From an uncultured delta proteobacterium (GTDB taxonomy: Bacteria > Desulfobacterota > Binatia > UBA9968): 64,000 nucleotides of DNA. Numbering within the stretch: the first letter of the stretch is position 1; every line of letters starts with the position of its first letter. Below are positions 44,207 to 57,163 of this stretch, one piece after another. Location: NCBI GenBank assembly GCA_963745035.1, contig CAVUVW010000017.1, positions 288,001-352,000 of the forward strand. The letters are read 5' to 3'. The position numbers were made by a program, and so were the translations under genes. The notes below the pieces were generated by a model. The model worked only from the letters and a program-made list of their open reading frames with translations, did no database searches and was not told the DNA's origin.

Positions 44207-44399
44207 ATTCGAATTGAGTGCAGTTCAGGAAAGTCCCGCCGCGTCGATCATGATAAGCGAAATGCCTTTGGCAGTGACCTCCACCCTACGATTCTATTAT
44301 AGATCGGGCGCGCTTCAAGCTGGGTCGAAAATTTATTTCTTCAAGGCTGCCCCGTCGTCCTCTCCCTATCCGCTTGTTCTTCCCATTTCCTTGTCTGCT

Positions 44400-44827
44400 C
44401 TACCGCGCATACTCCAGCCACTGCCATTTAAAAGCTTTGGCCAGAGCCTCAAGCTGCTCGGCAGTCGGCGGTTTGACCAGATAAGAGTTCGCCCCAGCGA
44501 GTAACACCGGCTCAAGTCGCTCGCTTCGTTGGAAGACGTGAGCACGATAACGATCAGCGATTCGAATTGCTTTTGGCGGCGAATCCAGGCAAGCAGCTCG
44601 TGGCCGTAAATAAATGGCAGTTTGAGATCGAGAAAAACCACCGCCGGGATCGGATAGCTGTCGCGGTCCGCGAATTTGCCGGCGCCCGAGAGATAATCGA
44701 TCGCCTCCTGGCCCGTCTCCACGACGATCACGGGATTGGCGATGCGTGCGCCCTGGAGCGCGCGCTGCATCAAGAACACGTCGTCTTTGTTGTCCTCGAC
44801 TAACAGTACCGTTCGACTATTCGTCAT
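44400..44827 (-). CDS. Single-domain response regulator (Rcp-like), indel near 44490
   Basis: LLVEDNKDD, FLDLKLP and VLTSSNE. The true tail NSYLVKPP...WLEYAR* ends at 44400. Confidence 0.88.
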
Positions 44828-47024
44828 GGCTCTCACCGTTAAGAATCAGCCAGAAGCGGCTCCCTTTGCCTAGCTGGGATTCCACTCCCGCTTCTCCGTT
44901 CATGCGCTGCACGGCTTTGCGCACTATCGCAAGACCTATTCCCGTGCCGCTATACTTCTCGTCGGGAAAAACCCGCCCGAAGATTTGGAAGATACGCTCA
45001 TGATGCGCCGCAGCGATGCCGATACCGTTGTCCTCGAACCAGACGCGAACTTTGCCGTCCAGCCGTTCGCTGCGAATGAGGATCACCGGCGCAACCCCTT
45101 CCTGGACAAATTTGACCGCGTTGCTCAGTAGGTTGGTTATGCATTGAATCAGATAGGCCTCATGACCCAGCACTCGCTCCAGCGGTTTCTGGACGACAAT
45201 GCGCGCTTGCGGCTCCTGAAACTCTGGATTGGTGGACAAAATATCTTCGATGAGCCTTTCCAAATCTGTGGGGCTCAATTGGATCTGCTCTTTCGCCACT
45301 CTGCTGTAAGTGAGCACGTCCTTGATCAGAGAATCCAGGCGATGCGCGGATCGCGCAATCCGATCGAGCCAATGCATCGCTTCGCCATCGAGGCGTCCGT
45401 GATAATCGGTCAAGAGAGCTTTCGCATAGCCTTCCATCGCTCGCAGCGGCGCCCGCATGTCGTGTGAAACGCTATACGAGAATGCTTCCAGCTCGCCTAT
45501 GGTTTCCTCCAGCTTGACGGTTCGCTCGTGCACCTGTCGCTCCAGCTCCGCCTGAAACGCCTTGCGCTCGCTGATGTCGATGGTCGTGCCGCTCAAACGA
45601 GTCGCTTCGCCGTTTTCGAATACGACTTGGCCGCGCGCCTCGATCCAGCGCTCGACGCCATCTTCGATGCCGATCACGCGAAAATCGGCCTGATACTGGC
45701 CGCCGCCGCTCGGGTCGAGGGCAGCCTTCAGCGCCGTTCTCAATTTCACGCGATCTTCGGGATGCAATCCCTGCCGGAAAATCTCGGCGGTAATTTGCCT
45801 TCCCGACGAAATGCCCCAGTGTGCCCGCTCCCTCCCGTCCCAGATAATCTCGTTGGTCCGCAGATACCACTCGTGGACCCCAATGTTGCCGGATCTCAGC
45901 GCCAGTTGCAGTCGGGCGGTAATCCGCTCCTTTTCATCCGATTGCTCTTTGAGCAAACGATTAGCCGCTACAAAAGCTTCGCGCACAGCCTCCACTTCCG
46001 AGATGCGGCTCGATGAAACATCCACCGCCGGGTTTTTGCCAGACCCCAGTTCTCGAGCCATCATCGCCAGAGAGCCGATCGATGCCGCGGTGCGGCTGCT
46101 CAACACCCACGCGATCAAAAGACTCAGAGCTAACAAACCGCCGCCAAAAAAGATCAAGTAAAGCATTGAGCGCCGTAAGGTCGTGTCGACAACGTCGGCC
46201 GGAATCCCCAACGCTACCGACCAGCCGCTGAACGAGGAGCGGCTATAGGGCGTGTACACCTCCCACCCTTCCACGGTGGTCCCTTGGAACCAGCCCTCGG
46301 ATGACCGATCCAGAGCGGCGCGCAGGCTTTCCGATGCGAGCCGGCCGACGTTGCGCTCCGGTTCTATCGTTCGCGAGACAAATTTTCGGTTGCCGTCGAG
46401 AACCACGGCGATCCAGTTCGGCGGCAGTCTCTGGGGCGATAGCAACTCATCGATGGTTCGTGGATCGATCACTGCGGTTAGCACATACTTAACGACCCCA
46501 TTTCTGATCACCGGCGCGCGTATGCGGAAATCGTACTTCTGTGTAAGTTCGCCGAAGATGAGATCACCGACCGTCGGGCGTTGTGTCTTTAACACCTGAT
46601 CAAAGCTCGGTTTTTCCGCGATGGCGCCAAGCGGAGTGCCGGGACGCCGGAGCAAATTGATGACTTGCTGGCCGGAGGGCAGAGCCAAGTTCATCGTCAG
46701 CCATCCCGGCTGGGTTTTGAGGACCCGTGCGGCTTCGTCGTGAAAACCGGGCAGATCTCCGCTGTCGAGATAGCGTGAACTGGCCAGGGCTTGGAGGGTG
46801 CTCATGGAGCTTCTTACCTCGGCATCGACTGCGGTCAACAGAGCGCGCGTGCGTTCGGTCGCGCCGCGCTGGAAAACGGCGCGTTCGTTGCGCGCGGAGA
46901 GAACCACCATGACGACGGCGAAGGCGAGTAGCGGCACGAACGCCACCACGACGAGGAGGACCAGATGCGAGCGAAGAGAATCCGGACGCAATCTGCGACG
47001 AAACTTATTCACTATCGCACGCAT
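44817..47024 (-). CDS. Membrane sensor histidine kinase (Cache-PAS-HisKA-HATPase)
   Basis: Two transmembrane helices flanking a periplasmic domain; FSYSVSHDMRAPL, NLLSNAVKF, DNGIGI and GTGIGLA. Confidence 0.92.
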   Translation of the reverse strand: MRAIVNKFRRRLRPDSLRSHLVLLVVVAFVPLLAFAVVMVVLSARNERAVFQRGATERTRALLTAVDAEVRSSMSTLQALASSRYLDSGDLPGFHDEAARVLKTQPGWLTMNLALPSGQQVINLLRRPGTPLGAIAEKPSFDQVLKTQRPTVGDLIFGELTQKYDFRIRAPVIRNGVVKYVLTAVIDPRTIDELLSPQRLPPNWIAVVLDGNRKFVSRTIEPERNVGRLASESLRAALDRSSEGWFQGTTVEGWEVYTPYSRSSFSGWSVALGIPADVVDTTLRRSMLYLIFFGGGLLALSLLIAWVLSSRTAASIGSLAMMARELGSGKNPAVDVSSSRISEVEAVREAFVAANRLLKEQSDEKERITARLQLALRSGNIGVHEWYLRTNEIIWDGRERAHWGISSGRQITAEIFRQGLHPEDRVKLRTALKAALDPSGGGQYQADFRVIGIEDGVERWIEARGQVVFENGEATRLSGTTIDISERKAFQAELERQVHERTVKLEETIGELEAFSYSVSHDMRAPLRAMEGYAKALLTDYHGRLDGEAMHWLDRIARSAHRLDSLIKDVLTYSRVAKEQIQLSPTDLERLIEDILSTNPEFQEPQARIVVQKPLERVLGHEAYLIQCITNLLSNAVKFVQEGVAPVILIRSERLDGKVRVWFEDNGIGIAAAHHERIFQIFGRVFPDEKYSGTGIGLAIVRKAVQRMNGEAGVESQLGKGSRFWLILNGESHDE

Positions 47025-47090
47025 CTGGTAATCGCCTGAAATCCGATGAGTTACTAATCGCGGGCCACGATCGGGATCGCTGTCATGACA

Positions 47091-47534
47091 TCAGGTCTCG
47101 TCGAAGTGATTGTATTCGAGCCAGTACCATTTGAAGGACCTGGCGAGATCCTCAAGCTGCTCCGGGGTCGGCGGTTTGACCAAGTAGGAGTTGGCGCCCA
47201 GGGCGTAGCAGCGGCTGAGATCGCTGGGTTCGTTGGAAGACGTAAGCACGATTACGACCAGGGAATCCAGTTCTTTCCGGCGCCGAATCCATGCCAGGAC
47301 GTCGTGCCCCGATACGTACGGCAATTTTAGATCGAGAAACACCACCGCCGGCATCGGATAGCTGTTCCGGTCGGCAAATTTGCCCGTGCCACTCAAATAG
47401 TCCAGCACTTCTTGGCCGTCCTCCACGACATAGAGCTCGTTCACCACGTGAGCGGCCTTGAGCGCTCGCTTCATCAAGAACACATCGTCTTCGTTATCCT
47501 CGACCAGGAGTAACGCGCGATTCGTCGTTGTCAT
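47091..47534 (-). CDS. Single-domain response regulator, paralogue of 44400..44827
   Basis: LLVEDNEDD, FLDLKLP, VLTSSNE and NSYLVKP. Confidence 0.92.
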   Translation of the reverse strand: MTTTNRALLLVEDNEDDVFLMKRALKAAHVVNELYVVEDGQEVLDYLSGTGKFADRNSYPMPAVVFLDLKLPYVSGHDVLAWIRRRKELDSLVVIVLTSSNEPSDLSRCYALGANSYLVKPPTPEQLEDLARSFKWYWLEYNHFDET

Positions 47535-47982
47535 GTTTCTCCTCGTTCAGTAACGACCAGAAACGACTCCCTTGGTTTGCCTCCGACTCGACCTCCACCT
47601 CGCCGCTCATGCGCTGCGCGGCTTTCCGGACAACCGCCAAACCTATTCCTGTTCCGCCGTATTTTTTCTCCGGGTGGACTTGGCCAAATATCTGAAAAAC
47701 GCGCTCGTGATGCACCGGCTCGATGCCGATGCCGTTGTCCTCGACGAGGCGCTCGGGCCGCCCTGAGACTGTGGTGATCTCAAGATCGAAAAGCTCCTCG
47801 AAGGCGAGTTTTTTGAGCGCGCCGACGTCGCTCGTCGTTTGACTGCCGGTCTGCGCCGTGACGTTTTCCACGAAGAGTGAGAGGAGCGCCGCCGTAATGG
47901 CGACGCCCGTATGTCGCCACACATTCTGCCGCGTCGTCCCGAGTTTCTGTTTTGCTGATGATTTTGGTGTGGCAGGACTCAT
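47494..47982 (-). pseudogene. Chimeric remnant: TonB-dependent receptor N-terminus fused to the C-terminal half of a HATPase domain
   Basis: Signal peptide and LKKLAFEELFDLEITTVSGRPERL joined directly to VEDNGIGI...YGGTGIGLAVVRKAAQRMSGEVEVES..GSRFW. Confidence 0.7.
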
Positions 47983-48403
47983 GGGATACCTCGAGCCGCC
48001 GATGCAAACAAATACATTCCAATACCCACGACAGAAGATTGTGTCAATTCAGAAACTTGTCCGGGTAAAAAAATCGCGTGCTTGGAATCAGGCGGGCATC
48101 AACATGTCGCGTATTCAGGACATAGCTAAAAGGGATCTGCCATTTCATGCATCAAAGTCATGAGCAGATCGCCCGGAACTAAAGCTGGCGCGAGCGGATG
48201 CGTGAGGATTGCGGTGGCTCCCGTTAAGGCCGAGCATGGGCAAATCAGAAGCGTTCTGTCACGGGATGAACAAGGACAAAAAATGCGCCCAGTCGTTTCC
48301 GTGTTCTCAGCGAAAGACCACGGAACCCGAAAAAACTGTGAGTTGACGTTGGAGGGAACGTTTAAAACCAGGAATCGTGCTTACTGGCAAGCAGCGCGCT
48401 GAT

Positions 48404-49819
48404 TCAGGCGGATTTTTTGAAATCCGCCACGCGGATCTCGTGCTTTTTCAGCAGGTCGTAGAAATCGGCCCGGTATTTTCCGGCGATCTCGGCGGCGCGG
48501 GTGGCTTTGCCATCGCACATTTGCAGCAGCCGGATAAGATAGGCTTTTTCGAACTCCGCCCGCGCCTCTTTGAGAGTCTTGAACGAGCCCGGGGTGGTGG
48601 GCAGGAGCTGGGTCTGAATCGCCTCATCCGTCGACGCCACGCCGTTGCTACTTCTCGTTTGCAGAACCAGATCGTCGGTGATGACGTCTTTCTGCGTCAT
48701 TGTAACGGCGTATTCGAGCGCGTTTTCCAGCTCGCGCACGTTTCCCGGCCAATCATGCTGCATGAGCTTGTGCATCGCTTTGGGCGAGAGTCCCTTGATC
48801 GGTTTTTTCATCTGCTGGGAGATTTTCTTGAGGAGATGGTCTACCAGATAAGGAATATCTTCGGGACGATCTTTGAGCGGCGGCAGAATAATCGGGATGA
48901 CATGAATGCGATAAAACAGATCCTCGCGAAAGTTGCTCTTTTTGACTTCTTCGATCAAATCTTTCTTGGTCGCCACGACTACTCTTACGTCCACTGATAC
49001 CGGCTTCTCGCTCCCCACCGGATAAAATTGCCGCTCTTCCAGCGCGCGCAGCAATTTTACCTGGATGGACAACGGCATATCGCCGATCTCGTCCAGGAAG
49101 AGGGTGCCCTCGTGTGCCTGCGTAAACAGACCCTTGGTGCTGCGCACCGCTCCGGTGAACGCACCCTTTTCATGGCCGAATAGCTCGCTTTCCAGCAAAG
49201 TCTCCGGAATCGCGGCGCAATTGATCGCGATGAAAGGCTTGTCCTTGCGGTCGCTTGCCAGATGGATCGCCTTGGCGATGAGTTCCTTGCCGGTGCCGCT
49301 TTCGCCGTGGATGTAAACCGTGGAATCGGACTTGGCAATGCGGCTGACGGCTTCGAGCAGGCCTTGCATCTTATCGCTCTTGGCGACGATGTTGGCAAAA
49401 TCGTATTTTTCCTTGAGCAGGCCGCGAAGCCGCTGGTTTTCCGTGGCGAGTTGGCGGTTTTGCAGAGCCCTACCGATCTGCAGCACGAGCTCGCGCGGAT
49501 CAAAAGGCTTGGTCAAATAGGTGTAGGCGCCGCGCTTCATCGCCTCGACCGCACCCTCGACGCTGGCATGGCCCGTCAGGATGATCACCGGCATTTCGGC
49601 GTTGATTTCATGCAGTTTTTCCATCAACGCCATGCCGTCCTGGTCGGCGAGCCGCAGGTCGACGATCGCCAGATCAAAAACCCCTTCGCGCGCGGCCGCC
49701 AGCGCCGGTTCGTCGCTGACGGCTGTGAACACGCCGTACCCCGCTCCTTCGAGTCTCGCCCTGGCTAGCTCGAGCAGGTTCTTGTCGTCGTCGACGACCA
49801 AAATTTTCGCGGCAGCCAT
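48404..49819 (-). CDS. Sigma54-dependent response regulator (NtrC family, GlrR/QseF-like C-terminus)
   Basis: REC domain, GESGTGKE, ELFGHEKGAFTGA, WPGNVRELEN and HTH KEARAEFEKAYL...AAEIAGKYRADFYDLLKKH. Confidence 0.93.
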   Translation of the reverse strand: MAAAKILVVDDDKNLLELARARLEGAGYGVFTAVSDEPALAAAREGVFDLAIVDLRLADQDGMALMEKLHEINAEMPVIILTGHASVEGAVEAMKRGAYTYLTKPFDPRELVLQIGRALQNRQLATENQRLRGLLKEKYDFANIVAKSDKMQGLLEAVSRIAKSDSTVYIHGESGTGKELIAKAIHLASDRKDKPFIAINCAAIPETLLESELFGHEKGAFTGAVRSTKGLFTQAHEGTLFLDEIGDMPLSIQVKLLRALEERQFYPVGSEKPVSVDVRVVVATKKDLIEEVKKSNFREDLFYRIHVIPIILPPLKDRPEDIPYLVDHLLKKISQQMKKPIKGLSPKAMHKLMQHDWPGNVRELENALEYAVTMTQKDVITDDLVLQTRSSNGVASTDEAIQTQLLPTTPGSFKTLKEARAEFEKAYLIRLLQMCDGKATRAAEIAGKYRADFYDLLKKHEIRVADFKKSA

Positions 49820-50190
49820 TGGTACCCCTTCTATTCCTTTCTATTGGTTCCTACGCAAGTTCACAACCCCGCGCTTGACGGGAAGTCGCATCGCCCCCGA
49901 GAGGTCCAATTTGCCTTTCGTTGTTCTGTGACAGCCGCCCTGAGACCGCCGATAGCGCCAAAACGTTCAGACATTTGTCCGATCCGCCCGCAGGCTCGCA
50001 ACGGACGCTACGCTATGCCAGGCAGTGCCTGACATGTCCCCCGATTGGAAATCTCTGATTCGCCTCTGGACGATTGCGCGCTCCACGAAAAATTGGGGTA
50101 TCCGTTTGCCAGCGACGACGCTGCCGATCCTTTGCCGAATCGACTTCCGTGAGGTCTCACGCCGAGTTTATTCTCGCCTCGCAAGTTATA

Positions 50191-50205
50191 ACAAGCTGCG
50201 TGCCA
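50191..50205 (-). promoter_or_regulatory. Candidate sigma54 promoter (imperfect -12)
   Basis: Minus strand TGGCACGCAGCTTGT: perfect -24 box, with GT in place of GC at -12. Confidence 0.4.
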
Positions 50206-50278
50206 ATCTGCGGCACTGGTTAATCTATTGTTTTTTCGAGGACGCCGCGAGAATCGGACAGTTGAAAAATTTATTTTT

Positions 50279-50295
50279 GTAGGATTTTTTCCTAC
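50279..50295. promoter_or_regulatory. Palindromic operator / enhancer candidate
   Basis: GTAGGA-TTTTT-TCCTAC, about 75-90 bp upstream of the candidate -24 box, in an AT-rich tract. Confidence 0.45.
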
Positions 50296-50569
50296 GTGAA
50301 GGGATTTCCCTAGCCTCGGCGCTTGCAATCGACAGTTTCTTCGCGGCAGTGACTCATTCGACTTCTGTTTTCCGGCTTTGCGGTTCTCATGCGCCTTTTT
50401 ACTTTTGTCTTTTCGCTTTGCCTTTCTTCACTTTCCCGCGGCTTGCTTCTCGCCGCTTACGGTGCGACAAAGAAACGAACGTTTGCGCACAACCAGTCGA
50501 TAGGTTTGACTAACGGCCGCCGCGCCGGTTGCGCTGGATGACTTCGCGGAGATTTGCCGAAAGGCGGTT

Positions 50570-51751
50570 ATGTTCGCGCCCTTTTTAAATATCAGTTTCC
50601 CGGATGTCATCGATATTCTCGTCGTCGCGGTCCTGCTGTATACGGCCACGGCGTTTCTCAAGCAGACCCGCGCCGCGTTTATCATTCGCGGCATATTTAT
50701 CCTCGCGGCGATCTACATCCTGGCGCGCTATCTCGACCTCCAGTTGACCGCTTGGCTGTTCCAAGGCTTCTTCGCGATCTTCTTGATCATCATCGTCGTG
50801 ATTTTTCAAGAAGAGCTGCGCCAGATCTTCGAGCGTATCGCGGTTTGGAGCTTGGCGCGGAAAAGCGGGCGGCCCCTGGGCTCGAGCACCAGCGATATCC
50901 TGGTCGGCGCGGTGTCGGACTTGGCCAAGGAGAAAATCGGCGCGCTGATCGTCGTTCAGGGCAAAGATCCGATCGCGCGCCACGTGATGGGCGGCATCGA
51001 GATCGAAGGCAAGATCAGCGAGCCGCTGCTGAAGAGCATCTTCGATCCTCATTCGCCGGGTCACGACGGCGCGGTGATCGTGGAGAACGACCGCATCTCG
51101 CTCTTTGCCGCGCATCTGCCGCTGTCCAAGGATTTTCAGCAGTTGGCCAACGTCGGCACGCGCCATAGCGCCGCGCTCGGCATGGCCGAGCTCAGCGACG
51201 CGATTTGCATCGCGGTTTCCGAGGAGCGCGGCACGATCTCGGTGGCCCGAGCGGGGCGGCTCCGGCCGGTCAACAACATCCAACAGTTGAGCCTGTTGCT
51301 CCAGGCGTTTTTGCAGGAGAAATATCCGTCGAGCCCGCGCGGTTTATTGTCGGTCTCGCTGGTGCGCGAGAACTGGCTGGCCAAACTGGTCACGTTCTCA
51401 CTGGCCGTAGGACTTTGGTATGTTTTGGTTCCCGGCTCGAGCACCACCGAGGTAACCTACAACCTGCCGGTGCAGGTGCAGAACCTGCCGCCCGACTTCC
51501 GGGTCGAGGATATCCAACCGCCCGCCGTGACCGCGACCTTCACCGGACCAAAGCGCGCTTTTTACTTTTTCGATCCGAACAGGCTCCGGGTCGAAGTCGA
51601 TCTATCCTCCGCCGAGATCGGCCGAAAAACGTTGCGCATCTCCGAGCAAAACATCCGCCATCCGCCCACCCTCACGCTCCAGCAGCTTAATCCGACCACC
51701 TTGCGCGTCTCGGTGCGCAAGGTGTCGCAGGAGCAGATCAACAAAGGCTAG
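50570..51751 (+). CDS. Diadenylate cyclase (CdaA/DisA_N) fused to a transmembrane helix and a YbbR-like domain
   Basis: Three N-terminal transmembrane helices, VIFQEELR, KIGALIV, SPGHDGAVI and GTRHSAALG. Then ENWLAKLVTFSLAVGLW and a beta-rich YbbR-like tail. Confidence 0.88.
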   Translation: MFAPFLNISFPDVIDILVVAVLLYTATAFLKQTRAAFIIRGIFILAAIYILARYLDLQLTAWLFQGFFAIFLIIIVVIFQEELRQIFERIAVWSLARKSGRPLGSSTSDILVGAVSDLAKEKIGALIVVQGKDPIARHVMGGIEIEGKISEPLLKSIFDPHSPGHDGAVIVENDRISLFAAHLPLSKDFQQLANVGTRHSAALGMAELSDAICIAVSEERGTISVARAGRLRPVNNIQQLSLLLQAFLQEKYPSSPRGLLSVSLVRENWLAKLVTFSLAVGLWYVLVPGSSTTEVTYNLPVQVQNLPPDFRVEDIQPPAVTATFTGPKRAFYFFDPNRLRVEVDLSSAEIGRKTLRISEQNIRHPPTLTLQQLNPTTLRVSVRKVSQEQINKG

Positions 51752-51797
51752 CCCGGATTATTCGCAGAAACTCGATCCAAAAAGAATACTGCAGCGC

Positions 51798-55152
<3,355 letters not shown>

Positions 55153-55156
55153 CGCA

Positions 55157-57163
55157 TCACATAAAATAATCGAAGTCCTGCTCGCGCCGGATACGCCGGC
55201 GCAGGCGTAAAATATGCGCCGGCGCGGTTTGCGGATCGAGCTGGACGAAATTTCTTTCGCCGTGCCACACAAAGCGCGCGCCGCTCAGCAGATCGTGCGC
55301 CTGATACGACTCCAGGGGATCGATACCGAAGCTCTCCGTGGGAATTTTCACCCAGCCGGATTGGACGTGGTGCGGATCGAGGTTCACCGCCACCGCGATC
55401 ACGTTGCCGCCGTCCTCCGAGTATTTGGTGTAGCAAAGAATCTGCTCGTTATCGACCTCATGAAAACGCAGGCGGCGATCGCTCTGCAGCGCCGGGTTTT
55501 CTTTGCGGATCTGATTCACCCGAGCAATGAGGTCCTTCAGGCTATCGGGGCTTTCGCGGTTCCATGACCGGATCTCGTACTTCTCCGAGTTCAAGTATTC
55601 TTCGCTGCCCGGCTCGCGCGGGCTATTCTCCATGAGCTCGAAGGCCGGACCGTAGATGCCGTAGCTCGCGCCCAAGGTCGCGGCGAGGATGAGCCGCACT
55701 ATGAAGGCCGGGCGACCGCCGAATTGGAGATACTCGCTCAAGATATCCGGAGTGTTGGGCCACAGGTTGGGACGAAAATACTCCCGTCCCTCGCCTTCGG
55801 TCAGCTCGCGGAAGTAGCGCGTGATCTCGTCCTTGGTGTTGCGCCAGGTGAAGTAGGTGTACGACTGAGTAAAGCCCAGCTTGGCGAGCTCGTGCATCAC
55901 CTTCGGGCGGGTAAACGCTTCGGCGAGAAAAATCGTCTCGGGATGATTTTTTTTGACGTCGCCAATCAGCCACTGCCAGAACGCCATCGGCTTGGTGTGC
56001 GGATTGTCCACGCGAAAAATTCGGATACCCTGGTCGATCCAAAACTCGACCACGCTCAGCAGCTCCCGCCACAGTTCGCGCCACTGCGCCGAGCCGAAGT
56101 CCAGCGGATAAATGTCTTCGTATTTCTTCGGCGGATTTTCGGCGTATTGAATCGAGCCGTCCGGGCGAACGCGAAACCACCCCGGATGCTCTTTTACGTA
56201 GGGATGATCGGGACTGCATTGGAAGGCCAGATCGAGAGCGACCTCGACGTCTAGGGCCTCCGCTTGCTGGACGAATTTTTTGAAATCCGCCAATGTTCCG
56301 AGTTCAGGATGGATCGCTTTATGACCACCTTCCTTGGCGCCGATCGCCCACGGACTGCCGGGATCATCCGCGGTGCTCATCACCGCATTGTTCTTGCCCT
56401 TGCGATGGCTGCGGCCGATCGGATGGATCGGCGGCAAATAAAGCACGTCGAAGCCCATCGCGGCGACATAGGGTAGGATTTTTTCGCAGTCTTTAAATGT
56501 GCCGTGCCGCTGCGGTTGGGCGGCCCACGAGCGCGGGAACATCTCGTACCACGAGCTGAAACGCGCTTTTTCACGATCGACGACAATCACTAAGTCTTGG
56601 GCGTACTTCGTCGCCGACGTCCGGTCGGGGTAACGCTCCACCGCGCGCGCCAAGTCGTCGGCAAGCGCCAATGCGAGCCGGTCTGCTAGGCTTCGGCTGG
56701 GGTCACGCAGGCTGGCAACGCGCTCAGCGAGTTCCTTGCCTTGCGTGCCGGCGCGCTTGGCGGCTGCCTCGATCAGCAGCGCACCGGACAGCAAGTCCAA
56801 TTCGCCGTGGACCTGGGCGGCGACTTTTTTCTCCAGGTCGCGGCGCCAAGACTTGAAAGGATCGAGCCAGGCGATGATCGAATAGACATAGCGCCCGAGC
56901 TCCGCGGCGACAAAGCTGCCGCGCCAGCGGTCGTTCACCAACGCCGTCATCGGCGCTTCGCTCCATTTCTCATCCTGCTCGCGCCGAAACAACAGCGCGC
57001 TGGAAATCGCTTCGTGGCCGTCCACGAAAATATCGGCTTCCACCGTCACGGTATCGCCCCGGGTGCGCTTCGCCGGAAATTGCCCGCCATCGATCTCCGG
57101 CGTAACGCCCTCGATCACGACGCGACGGTTGAGATCAGGCGATGGATTGGCCGCTCGCCGCAT
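55157..57163 (-). CDS. glgE: Alpha-1,4-glucan:maltose-1-phosphate maltosyltransferase
   Basis: WYEMFPRS, LYLPPIHPIG, QCSPDHP, YAENPPKKYEDIYP, FRVDNPHTKP, LAEAFTRP and PNTPDIL. Confidence 0.95.
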   Translation of the reverse strand: MRRAANPSPDLNRRVVIEGVTPEIDGGQFPAKRTRGDTVTVEADIFVDGHEAISSALLFRREQDEKWSEAPMTALVNDRWRGSFVAAELGRYVYSIIAWLDPFKSWRRDLEKKVAAQVHGELDLLSGALLIEAAAKRAGTQGKELAERVASLRDPSRSLADRLALALADDLARAVERYPDRTSATKYAQDLVIVVDREKARFSSWYEMFPRSWAAQPQRHGTFKDCEKILPYVAAMGFDVLYLPPIHPIGRSHRKGKNNAVMSTADDPGSPWAIGAKEGGHKAIHPELGTLADFKKFVQQAEALDVEVALDLAFQCSPDHPYVKEHPGWFRVRPDGSIQYAENPPKKYEDIYPLDFGSAQWRELWRELLSVVEFWIDQGIRIFRVDNPHTKPMAFWQWLIGDVKKNHPETIFLAEAFTRPKVMHELAKLGFTQSYTYFTWRNTKDEITRYFRELTEGEGREYFRPNLWPNTPDILSEYLQFGGRPAFIVRLILAATLGASYGIYGPAFELMENSPREPGSEEYLNSEKYEIRSWNRESPDSLKDLIARVNQIRKENPALQSDRRLRFHEVDNEQILCYTKYSEDGGNVIAVAVNLDPHHVQSGWVKIPTESFGIDPLESYQAHDLLSGARFVWHGERNFVQLDPQTAPAHILRLRRRIRREQDFDYFM

